This document shows positions 25,901 to 38,365 of a stretch of DNA of 64,000 bases, piece after piece. Source of the DNA: Auanema rhodensis (Eukaryota > Animalia > Nematoda); contig OZ059897.1 of NCBI GenBank assembly GCA_964057225.1, positions 4,650,001 through 4,714,000 on the forward strand, written 5' to 3'. The position numbers and the translations under genes were made by a program. A model generated the notes under the pieces. That model saw only the letters and a list, made by a program, of their open reading frames with translations, did not search any database and had not been told where the DNA came from. The stretch's first letter is position 1. The number at the start of each line of letters is the position of its first letter.

Positions 25901-28900
25901 TCACCCTGAAGAATTAATTTTTTCGTTGAATAACATTGTCCATCGTCTTTGCCTTGAAAAAAGAAATCTAAAAACATCTACTTTTTGTGAAATTATTTAG
26001 AAATTTTTCGGGAAAATTTTTGTCACAATGTTTTTGGAAGCAATGTTAAGTGTACATGGGAACTCAACACACACTAATGCAATTTTTTTTCAAACGATCA
26101 TAACTAATTTTTGTATAGAGCGTTTCTCAATGTAGTATAGTGCATTCGATGCGGATTTTTAAGCTGCGTCGATCTGTGTTATCCGATTTGAGTTAGCTTA
26201 AAAATGCACCGAGATATCAACTGATATAGGTTCACACTTATATCCTCGATTTTCACCCTGAAGAATTAATTTTTTCGTTGAATAACATTGTCCATCGTCT
26301 TCGCCTTGAAAAAAGGAATCTAAAAACATTCACTTTTTGTGAAATTATTCAGAAATTTTTCGGGAAAATTTTTGTCAAAATGTTTTTGGAAGCAATGTTG
26401 AGTGTACATGGGAACTCAGCATACACTAATGCATTATTTTTCAAACGATCATAACTAATTTTTGTATAGAGCGTTTCTCAATGTAGTATAGTGCATTCGA
26501 TGCGGATTTTTAAGCTGCGTCGATCTGTGTTATCAGATTTGAGTTAGCTTAAAAATGCACTGAGATATCAACTGATATATGTTCACACTTATATCCTCAA
26601 TTTTCACCCTGAAGAAATGATTTTTTCGTTGAAAAACATTGTCCATCGTATTCGTCTTGAAAAAAGGAATCTAAAAACATCTACTTTTTGTGAAATTATT
26701 TAGAAATTTTTCGGGAAAATTTTTGTCACAATGTTTTTCGAAGCAATGTTAAGTGTACATGGGAACTCAACACACACTAATGCAATTTTTTTTCAAACGA
26801 TCATAACTAATTTTTGTATAGAGCGTTTCTCAATGTAGTATAGTGCATTCGATGCGGATTTTTAAGCTGCGTTGATCTGTGTTATCAGATTTGAGTTAGC
26901 TTAAAAATGCACTGAGATATCAACTGATATATGTTCACACTTATATCCTCGATTTTCACCCTGAAGAAATGATTTTTTTGTTGAAAAACATTGTCCATCG
27001 TATTCGTCTTGAAAAAAGGAATCTAAAAACATCTACTTTTTGTGAAATTATTTAGAAATTTTTCGGGAAAATTTTTGTCAAAATGTTTTTGGAAGCAATG
27101 TTGAGTGTACATGGGAACTCAGCATACACTAATGCATTATTTTTCAAACGATCATAACTAATTTTTGTATAGAGCGTTTCTCAATGTAGTATAGTGCATT
27201 CGATGCGGATTTTTAAGCTGCGTCGATCTGTGTTATCAGATTTGAGTTAGCTTAAAAATGCACCGAGATATCAACTGATATATGTTCACACTTATATCCT
27301 CGTTTTTCACCCTGAAGAAATGATTTTTTCGTTAAAAAACATTGTCCATCGTATTCGTCTTGAAAAAAGGAATCTAAAAACATCTACTTTTTGTGAAATT
27401 ATTTAGAAATTTTTCGGGAAAATTTTTGTCAAAATGTTTTTGGAAGCAATGTTGAGTGTACATGGGAACTCAACATACACTAATGCATTATTTTTCAAAC
27501 GATCATAACTAATTTTTGTATAGAGCGTTTCTCATTGTAGTATAGTGCATTCGATGCGGATTTTTAAGCTGCGTTGATCTGTGTTATCAGATTTGCGCTA
27601 GCTTAAAAATGCACCGAGTAATCAACTGATATAGGTTCACACTTATATCCTCGATTTTCACCCTGAAGAATTAATTTTTTCGTTGAATAACATTGTCCAT
27701 CGTCTTTGCCTTGAAAAAAGAAATCTAAAAACATCTACTTTTTGTGAAATTATTTAGAAATTTTTCGGGAAAATTTTTGTCACAATGTTTTTCGAAGCAA
27801 TGTTAAGTGTACATGGGAACTCAACACACACTAATGCAATTTTTTTTCAAACGATCATAACTAATTTTTGTATAGAGCGTTTCTCAATGTAGTATAGTGC
27901 ATTCGATGCGGATTTTTAAGCTGCGTCGATCTGTGTTATCCGATTTGAGTTAGCTTAAAAATGCACCGAGATATCAACTGATATAGGTTCACACTTATAT
28001 CCTCGATTTTCACCCTGAAGAATTAATTTTTTCGTTGAATAACATTGTCCATCGTCTTCGCCTTGAAAAAAGGAATCTAAAAACATTCACTTTTTGTGAA
28101 ATTATTCAGAAATTTTTCGGGAAACTTTTTGTCAAAATGTTTTTGGAAGCAATGTTGAGTGTACATGGGAACTCAGCATACACTAATGCATTATTTTTCA
28201 AACGATCATAACTAATTTTTGTATAGAGCGTTTCTCAATGTAGTATAGTGCATTCGATGCGGATTTTTAAGCTGCGTCGATCTGTGTTATCAGATTTGAG
28301 TTAGCTTAAAAATGCACTGAGATATCAACTGATATATGTTCACACTTATATCCTCAATTTTCACCCTGAAGAAATGATTTTTTCGTTGAAAAACATTGTC
28401 CATCGTATTCGTCTTGAAAAAAGGAATCTAAAAACATCTACTTTTTGTGAAATTATTTAGAAATTTTTCGGGAAAATTTTTGTCAAAATGTTTTTGGAAG
28501 CAATGTTGAGTGTACATGGGAACTCAACATACACTAATGCATTATTTTTCAAACGATCATAACTAATTTTTGTATAGAGCGTTTCTCATTGTAGTATAGT
28601 GCATTCGATGCGGATTTTTAAGCTGCGTTGATCTGTGTTATCAGATTTGCGCTAGCTTAAAAATGCACCGAGTAATCAACTGATATAGGTTCACACTTAT
28701 ATCCTCGATTTTCACCCTGAAGAATTAATTTTTTCGTTGAATAACATTGTCCATCGTCTTTGCCTTGAAAAAAGAAATCTAAAAACATCTACTTTTTGTG
28801 AAATTATTTAGAAATTTTTCGGGAAAATTTTTGTCACAATGTTTTTGGAAGCAATGTTAAGTGTACATGGGAACTCAACACACACTAATGCAATTTTTTT

Positions 28901-29500
28901 TCAAACGATCATAACTAATTTTTGTATAGAGCGTTTCTCAATGTAGTATAGTGCATTCGATGCGGATTTTTAAGCTGCGTCGATCTGTGTTATCCGATTT
29001 GAGTTAGCTTAAAAATGCACCGAGATATCAACTGATATAGGTTCACACTTATATCCTCGATTTTCACCCTGAAGAATTAATTTTTTCGTTGAATAACATT
29101 GTCCATCGTCTTCGCCTTGAAAAAAGGAATCTAAAAACATTCACTTTTTGTGAAATTATTCAGAAATTTTTCGGGAAAATTTTTGTCAAAATGTTTTTGG
29201 AAGCAATGTTGAGTGTACATGGGAACTCAGCATACACTAATGCATTATTTTTCAAACGATCATAACTAATTTTTGTATAGAGCGTTTCTCAATGTAGTAT
29301 AGTGCATTCGATGCGGATTTTTAAGCTGCGTCGATCTGTGTTATCAGATTTGAGTTAGCTTAAAAATGCACTGAGATATCAACTGATATATGTTCACACT
29401 TATATCCTCAATTTTCACCCTGAAGAAATGATTTTTTCGTTGAAAAACATTGTCCATCGTATTCGTCTTGAAAAAAGGAATCTAAAAACATCTACTTTTT
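23000..29500 (+). repeat. Irregular higher-order repeat built on a 3-monomer core that includes the 352-bp monomer variant
   Basis: The marker TCCGATTTG occurs at 24075, 26182, 27939 and 28993 (6-, 5- and 3-monomer spacing). Each is preceded by GTTAAGTG/AACACAC/GCAA-T8 and followed by GCACTGAG/CCTCAATTT. Boundaries are approximate. Confidence 0.8.
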
Positions 29501-31316
29501 GTGAAATTATTTAGAAATTTTTCGGGAAAATTCTTGTCACAATGTTTTTGGAAGCAATGTTAAGTGTACATGGGAACTCAGCATACACTAATGCATTATT
29601 TTTCAAACTATCATAACTAAATTTTGTATTAAGCGTTTCTCAATGTGGTATAGTGCATTCGATGCGGATTTTTAAGCTGCGTCGATCTGTGTTATCAGAT
29701 TTGCACTAGCTTAAAAATGCACCGAGATATCAACTGATATAAGTTCACACTTATATCCTCGATTTTCACCCTGAAGAATTAATTTTTTCGTTGAATAACA
29801 TTGTCCATCGTCTTTGCCTTGAAAAAAGGAATCTAAAAACATCTACTTTTTGTGAAATTATTTAGAAATTTTTCGGGAAAATTTTTGTCACAATGTTTTT
29901 GGAAGCAATGTTGAGTGTACATGGGAACTCAGCATACACTAATGCATTATTTTTCAAACGATCATAACTAATTTTTGTATAGAGCGTTTCTCAATGTAGT
30001 ATAGTGCATTCGATGCGGATTTTTAAGCTGCGTTGATCTGTGTTATCAGATTTGAGTTAACTTAAAAATGCACCGAGATATCAACTGATATATGTTCACA
30101 CTTATATCCTCGATTTTCACCCTGAAGAAATGATTTTTTCGTTGAAAAACATTGTCCATCGTATTCGTCTTGAAAAAAGGAATCTAAAAACATCTACTTT
30201 TTGTGAAATTAATTAGAAATTTTTCGGGAAAATTTTTGTCAAAATGTTTTTGGAAGCAATGTTGAGTGTACATGGGAACTCAACATACACTAATGCATTA
30301 TTTTTCAAACGATCATAACTAATTTCTGTATGGAGCGTTTCTCAATGTAGTATAGTGCATTCGATGCGGATTTTTAAGCTGCGTTGATCTGTGTTATCAG
30401 ATTTGCGCTAGCTTAAAAATGCACCGAGTAATCAACTGATATAGGTTCACACTTATATCCTCGATTTTCACCCTGAAGAATTAATTTTTTCGTTGAATAA
30501 CATTGTCCATCGTCTTTGCCTTGAAAAAAGAAATCTAAAAACATCTACTTTTTGTGAAATTATTCAGAAATTTTTCGGGAAAATTTTTGTCACAATGTTT
30601 TTGGAAGCAATGTTAAGTGTACATGGGAACTCAACACACACTAATGCATTTTTTTTCAAACGATCATAACTAATTTTTGTATAGAGCGTTTCTCAATGTA
30701 GTATAGTGCATTCGATGCGGATTTTTAAGCTGCGTTGATCTGTGTTATCAGATTTGAGTTAGCTTAAAAATGCACCGAGATATCAACTGATATATGTTCA
30801 CACTTATATCCTCGATTTTCACCCTGAAGAAATGATTTTTTCGTTGAATAACATTGTCCATCGTCTTCGTCTTGAAAAAAGGAAACTAAAAACATCTACT
30901 TTTTGTGAAATTATTTAGAAATTTTTCGGGAAAATTTTTGTCAAAATGTTTTTGGAAGCAATGTTGAGTGTACATGGGAACTCAACATACACTAATGCAT
31001 TATTTTTCAAACGATCATAACTAATTTTTGTATAGAGCGTTTCTCAATGTCGTATAGTGCATTCGATGCGAATTTTTAAGCTGCGTTGATCTGTGTTATC
31101 TGATTTGAGTTAGCTTAAAAATGCACCGAGATATCAACTGATATATGTTCACACTTATATCCTCGATTTTCACCCTGAAGAAATGATTTTTTCGTTGAAA
31201 AACATTGTCCATCGTATTCGTCTTGAAAAAAGGAATCTAAAAACATCTACTTTTTGTGAAATTATTTAGAAATTTTTCGGGAAAATTTTTGTCAAAATGT
31301 TTTTGGAAGCAATGTT

Positions 31317-31526
31317 GAGTGTACATGGGAACTCAACATACACTAATGCATTATTTTTCAAACGATCATAACTAATTTTTGTATAAAGCGTTTCTCAATG
31401 TAGTATAGTGCATTCGATGCGGATTTTTAAGCTGCGTCGATCTGTGTTATCAGATTTGAGTTAGCTTAAAAATGCACCGAGATATCAACTGATATAGGTT
31501 CACACAATGTTTTTGGAAGCAATGTT
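31317..31526 (+). other. 210-bp truncated monomer (141-bp deletion, CAC microhomology)
   Basis: GGTTCACAC|AATGTTTTTGG at 31497-31516 joins monomer position 189 to position 331; monomer starts at 31317 and 31527. Confidence 0.95.
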
Positions 31527-33794
31527 AATTGTACATGGGAACTCAACACACACTAATGCATTATTTTTCAAACGATCATAACTAATTTTTGTATTAAGCT
31601 TTTCTCAATGTAGTATAGTGCAGTCGATGCGGATTTTTAAGCTGCGTCGATCTGTGTTATCAGATTTGCGCTAGCTTAAAAATGCTCCGAGATATCAACT
31701 TATATAAGTTCACACTTATATCCTCGATTTTCACCCTGAAGAATTAATTTTTTCGTCGAATAACATTGTTCATCGTCTTTGCCTTGAAAAAAGAAATCTA
31801 AAAACATCTACTTTTTGTGAAATTATTTAGAAATTTTTCGGGAAAATTTTTGTCACAATGTTTTTGGAAGCAATGTTAATTGTACATGGGAACTCAACAC
31901 ACACTAATGCATTATTTTTCAAACGATCATAACTAATTTTTGTATTAAGCTTTTCTCAATGTAGTATAGTGCAGTCGATGCGGATTTTTAAGCTGCGTCG
32001 ATCTGTGTTATCAGATTTGCGCTAGCTTAAAAATGCTCCGAGATATCAACTTATATAAGTTCACACTTATATCCTCGATTTTCACCCTGAAGAATTAATT
32101 TTTTCGTTGAATAACATTGTCCATCGTCTTTGCCTTGAAAAAAGGAATCTAAAAACATCTACTTTTTGTGAAATTATTTAGAAATTTTTCGGGAAAATTT
32201 TTGTCAAAATGTTTTTGGAAGCAATGTTGAGTGTACATGGGAACTCAACATACACTAATGCATTATTTTTCAAACGATCATAACTAATTTTTGTATAGAG
32301 CGTTTCTCAATGTAGTATAGTGCATTCGATGCGGATTTTTAAGCTGCGTTGATCTGTGTTATCAGATTTGAGTTAACTTAAAAATGCACCGAGATATCAA
32401 CTGATATATGTTCACACTTATATCCTCTATTTTCACCCTGAAGAAATGATTTTTTCGTTGAAAAACATTGTCCATCGTATTCGTCTTGAAAAAAGGAATC
32501 TAAAAACATCTACTTTTTGTGAAATTATTTAGAAATTTTTCGGGAAAATTTTTGTTAAAATGTTTTTGGAAGCAATGTTGAGTGTACATGGGAACTCAAC
32601 ATACACTAATGCATTATTTTTCAAACGATCATAACTAATTTTTGCATAGAGCGTTTCTCAATGTAGTATAGTGCACTCGATGCGGATTTTTAAGCTGCGT
32701 CGATCTGTGTTATCAGATTTAAGTTAGCTTAAAAATGCACCGAGATATCAACTGATATAGGTTCACACTTATATCCTCGATTTTCACCCTGAAGAATTAT
32801 ATTTTTCGTTGAATAACAATGTCCATCGTCATCGCCTTGAAAAAAGGAATCTAAAAACATTTACTTTTTGTGAAATTATTCAGAAATTTTTCGGGAAAAT
32901 TTTTGTCAAAATGTTTTTCGAAGCAATGTTGAGTGTACATGGGAACTCAGCATACACTAATGCATTATTTTTCAAACGATCATAACTAATTTTTGTATAA
33001 AGCGTTTCTCAATGTAGTATAGTGCATTCGATGCGGATTTTTAAGCTGCGTTGATCTGTGTTATCAGATTTGAGTTAACTTAAAAATGCACCGAGATATC
33101 AACTGATATATGTTCACACTTATATCCTCGATTTTCACCCTGAAGAAATGATTTTTTCGTTGAAAAACATTGTCCATCGTATTCGTCTTGAAAAAAAGAA
33201 TCTTAAAACATCTACTTTTTGTGAAATTATTTAGAAATTTTTCGGGAAAATTTTTGTCAAAATGTTTTTGGAAGCAATGTTGAGTGTACATGGGAACTCA
33301 ACATACACTAATGCATTATTTTTCAAACGATCATAACTAATTTTTGTATGGAGCGTTTCTCAATGTAGTATAGTGCATTCGATGCGGATTTTTAAGCTGC
33401 GTTGATCTGTGTTATCAGATTTGAGTTAACTTAAAAATGCACCGAGATATCAACTGATATATGTTCACACTTATATCCTCTATTTTCACCCTGAAGAAAT
33501 GATTTTTTCGTTGAAAAACATTGTCCATCGTATTCGTCTTGAAAAAAGGAATCTAAAAACATCTACTTTTTGTGAAATTATTTAGAAATTTTTCGGGAAA
33601 ATTTTTGTTAAAATGTTTTTGGAAGCAATGTTGAGTGTACATGGGAACTCAACATACACTAATGCATTATTTTTCAAACGATCATAACTAATTTTTGCAT
33701 AGAGCGTTTCTCAATGTAGTATAGTGCACTCGATGCGGATTTTTAAGCTGCGTCGATCTGTGTTATCAGATTTGAGTTAACTTAAAAATGCACC

Positions 33795-33812
33795 GAGATA
33801 TCACACTCAACA
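33795..33812. other. Orientation-switch (inversion) junction
   Basis: GAGATATC-A-CACTCAACA: the forward consensus (GAGATATCAACTG) matches through 33803 and the reverse consensus (GTACACTCAAC) matches from 33803, sharing one A with no filler. Confidence 0.97.
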
Positions 33813-34504
33813 TTGCTTCCAAAAACATTTTGACAAAAATTTTCCCGAAAAATTTCTAAATAATATCACAAAAAGTAGCTGTTTTTAGATTCCTTTTTTC
33901 AAGACGAAGACGATGGACAATGGTTTTCAACGAAAAAATCATTTCTTCAGGGTGAAAATCGAGGATATAAGTGTGAAACTATATCAGTTGATATCTCGGT
34001 GCATTTTTAAGCTAGCTCAAATCTGATAACGCAGATCGACGCAGCTTAAAATTCCGCATCGAATGCATTATACTACATTGAGAAACGCTCTATACAAAAA
34101 TTAGTTATAATCGTTTGAAAAATAATGCATTAGTGTATGTTGAGTTCCCATGTACACTCAACATTGCTTCCAAAAACATTTTGACAAAAATTTTCCCGAA
34201 AAATTTCTAAATAATTTCACAAAAAGAAGATGTTTTTAGATTTCTTTTTTCAAGGCGAAGACGATGGACAATGTTTTTCAACGAAAAAATCTTTTCTTCA
34301 GGGTGAAAATCGAGGATATAAGTGTGAACATATATCAGTTGATATCTCGGTGCATTTTTAAGTTAACTCAAATCTGATAATACAGATCGACGCAGCTTAA
34401 AATTCCGCATCGAATGCACTATACTACATTGAGAAACGCTCTTTACAAAAAATAGTTATGATCGTTTGAAAAATAATGCATTAGTGTATGTTGAGTTCCC
34501 ATGT

Positions 34505-37500
34505 ACACTCAACATTGCTTCCAAAAACATTTTGACAAAAATTTTCCCGAAAAATTTCTAAATAGTTTCACAAAAAGTAGATGTTTTTAGATTCCTTTCT
34601 TCAAGGCGAAGACATTGGATAATGTTTTTCAACGAAAAAATCATTTCTTCAGGGTGAAAATCGAGAATATAAGTGTGAACCTATATCAGTTGATATCTCG
34701 GTGCATTTTTAAGCTAGCTCAAATCTGATAACACAGATCGACGCAGCTTAAAAATCCGCATCGAATGCACTATACTACATTGAGAAACGCTATTCACAAA
34801 AATCAGTTATGATCGTTTGAAAAATAATGCATTAGTGTATGTTGAGTTCCCATGTACACTCAACATTGCTTCCAAAAACATTTTGACAAAAATTTTCCCG
34901 AAAAATTTCTAAATAATTTCACAAAAAGTAGATGTTTTTAGATTCCTTTTTTCAAGACGAAGACGATGGACAATGTTTTTCAACGAAAAAATCATTTCTT
35001 CAGAGTGAAAATCGAGGATATAAGTGTGAACATATATCAGTTGATATCTCGGTGCATTTTTAAGCTAACTCAAATCTGATAACACAGATCAACGCAGCTT
35101 AAAAATCCGCATCGAATGCACTATACTACATTGAGAAACGCTCTATACAAAAATAAGTTATGATCGTTTGAAAAATAATGCATTAGTGTATGTTGAGTTC
35201 CCATGTACACTCAACATTGCTTCCAAAAACATTTTGACAAAAATTTTCCCGAAAAATTTCTAAATAGTTTCACAAAAAGTAGATGTTTTTAGATTCCTTT
35301 TTTCAAGGCGAAGACATTGGATAATGTTTTTCAACAAAAAAATCATTTCTTCAGGGTGAAAATCGAGAATATAAGTGTGAACCTATATCAGTTGATATCT
35401 CGGTGCATTTTTAAGCTAGCTCAAATCTGATAACGCAGATCGACGCAGCTTGAAAATCCGCATCGAATGCACTATACTACATTGAGAAACGCTCTATACA
35501 AAAATTAGTTATAATCGTTTGAAAAATAATGCATTAGTGTATGTTGAGTTCCCATGTACACTCAACATTGCTTCCAAAAACATTTTGACAAAAATTTTCC
35601 CGAAAAATTTCTAAATAATTTCACAAAAAGAAGATGTTTTTAGATTTCTTTTTTCAAGGCGAAGACGATGGACAATGTTTTTCAACGAAAAAATCTTTTC
35701 TTCAGGGTGAAAATCGAGGATATAAGTGTGAACATATATCAGTTGATATCTCGGTGCATTTTTAAGTTAACTCAAATCTGATAATACAGATCGACGCAGC
35801 TTAAAATTCCGCATCGAATGCACTATACTACATTGAGAAACGCTCTTTACAAAAAATAGTTATGATCGTTTGAAAAATAATGCATTAGTGTATGTTGAGT
35901 TCCCATGTACACTCAACATTGCTTCCAAAAACATTTTGACAAAAATATTCCCGAAAAATTTCTAAATAATTTGACAAAAAGTAGATGTTTTTAGATTCCT
36001 TTTTTCAAGGCGAAGACATTGGATAATGTTTTTCAACGAAAAAATCATTTCTTCAGGGTGAAAATCGAGAATATAAGTGTGAACCTATATCAGTTGATAT
36101 CTCGGTGCATTTTTAAGCTAGCTCAAATCTGATAACACAGATCGACGCAGCTTAAAAATCCGCATCGAATGCACTATACTACATTGAGAAACGCTATTCA
36201 CAAAAATCAGTTATGATCGTTTGAAAAATAATGCATTAGTGTATGTTGAGTTCCCATGTACACTCAACATTGCTTCCAAAAACATTTTGACAAAAATTTC
36301 CCCAAAAAATTTCAAGATAATTTAACGAAGAGTAGAAGTTTTTAGATTCTTTTTTTCAAGGCGAAGACATTGGATAATGTTTTTCAACGAAAAAATCATT
36401 TCTTCAGGGTGAAAATCGAGAATATAAGTGTGAACCTATATCAGTTGATATCTCGGTGCATTTTTAAGCTAGCTCAAATCTGATAACACAGATCGACGCA
36501 GCTTAAAATTCCGCATCGAATGCACTATACTACATTGAGAAACGCTCTTTACAAAAAATAGTTATGATCGTTTGAAAAATAATGCATTAGTGTATGTTGA
36601 GTTCCCATGTACACTCAACATTGCTTCCAAAAACATTTTGACAAAAATTTTCCCGAAAAATTTCTAAATAGTTTCACAAAAAGTAGATGTTTTTAGATTC
36701 CTTTCTTCAAGGCGAAGACATTGGATAATGTTTTTCAACGAAAAAATCATTTCTTCAGGGTGAAAATCGAGAATATAAGTGTGAACCTATATCAGTTGAT
36801 ATCTCGGTGCATTTTTAAGCTAGCTCAAATCTGATAACACAGATCGACGCAGCTTAAAAATCCGCATCGAATGCACTATACTACATTGAGAAACGCTATT
36901 CACAAAAATCAGTTATGATCGTTTGAAAAATAATGCATTAGTGTATGTTGAGTTCCCATGTACACTCAACATTGCTTCCAAAAACATTTTGACAAAAATT
37001 TTCCCGAAAAATTTCTAAATAATTTCACAAAAAGTAGATGTTTTTAGATTCCTTTTTTCAAGACGAAGACGATGGACAATGTTTTTCAACGAAAAAATCA
37101 TTTCTTCAGAGTGAAAATCGAGGATATAAGTGTGAACATATATCAGTTGATATCTCGGTGCATTTTTAAGCTAACTCAAATCTGATAACACAGATCAACG
37201 CAGCTTAAAAATCCGCATCGAATGCACTATACTACATTGAGAAACGCTCTATACAAAAATAAGTTATGATCGTTTGAAAAATAATGCATTAGTGTATGTT
37301 GAGTTCCCATGTACACTCAACATTGCTTCCAAAAACATTTTGACAAAAATTTTCCCGAAAAATTTCTAAATAGTTTCACAAAAAGTAGATGTTTTTAGAT
37401 TCCTTTTTTCAAGGCGAAGACATTGGATAATGTTTTTCAACAAAAAAATCATTTCTTCAGGGTGAAAATCGAGAATATAAGTGTGAACCTATATCAGTTG

Positions 37501-38365
37501 ATATCTCGGTGCATTTTTAAGCTAGCTCAAATCTGATAACGCAGATCGACGCAGCTTGAAAATCCGCATCGAATGCACTATACTACATTGAGAAACGCTC
37601 TATACAAAAATTAGTTATAATCGTTTGAAAAATAATGCATTAGTGTATGTTGAGTTCCCATGTACACTCAACATTGCTTCCAAAAACATTTTGACAAAAA
37701 TTTTCCCGAAAAATTTCTAAATAATTTGACAAAAAGAAGATGTTTTTAGATTTCTTTTTTCAAGGCGAAGACGATGGACAATGTTTTTCAACGAAAAAAT
37801 CTTTTCTTCAGGGTGAAAATCGAGGATATAAGTGTGAACATATATCAGTTGATATCTCGGTGCATTTTTAAGTTAACTCAAATCTGATAATACAGATCGA
37901 CGCAGCTTAAAATTCCGCATCGAATGCACTATACTACATTGAGAAACGCTCTTTACAAAAAATAGTTATGATCGTTTGAAAAATAATGCATTAGTGTATG
38001 TTGAGTTCCCATGTACACTCAACATTGCTTCCAAAAACATTTTGACAAAAATATTCCCGAAAAATTTCTAAATAATTTGACAAAAAGTAGATGTTTTTAG
38101 ATTCCTTTTTTCAAGGCGAAGACATTGGATAATGTTTTTCAACGAAAAAATCATTTCTTCAGGGTGAAAATCGAGAATATAAGTGTGAACCTATATCAGT
38201 TGATATCTCGGTGCATTTTTAAGCTAGCTCAAATCTGATAACACAGATCGACGCAGCTTAAAAATCCGCATCGAATGCACTATACTACATTGAGAAACGC
38301 TATTCACAAAAATCAGTTATGATCGTTTGAAAAATAATGCATTAGTGTATGTTGAGTTCCCATGT
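34505..38365 (-). repeat. 5-monomer block duplicated at 6-monomer (2106-bp) spacing, separated by one divergent monomer
   Basis: The variants CCTTTCTTCAAG, CAGAGTG, GCAGCTTGAAA, AAAGAAGATG and AATATTCCC occur in the same order in 34505-36259 and 36611-38365. Confidence 0.85.

Larger units (their letters stand above)
1..33803 (+). repeat. Tandem satellite array, 351-bp monomer, forward arm (96 monomers + 171 bp; open at window start)
   Basis: GAGTGTACATGGGAACTC recurs at 1, 352, 703 and so on, exactly in phase to 16147 (1+46x351). The last start is at 33633, which equals 96x351 after correcting for the observed indels (-13, eight +1, two +41, -141). Strand is an arbitrary orientation label. 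Confidence 0.99.

Noticed and set aside
33064-33291. 75-aa minus-strand ORF next to the inversion
   Set aside because: It arises from a single private substitution (AATCTTAAA) that removes a stop in one monomer. There is no coding evidence, and its closeness to the junction appears incidental.
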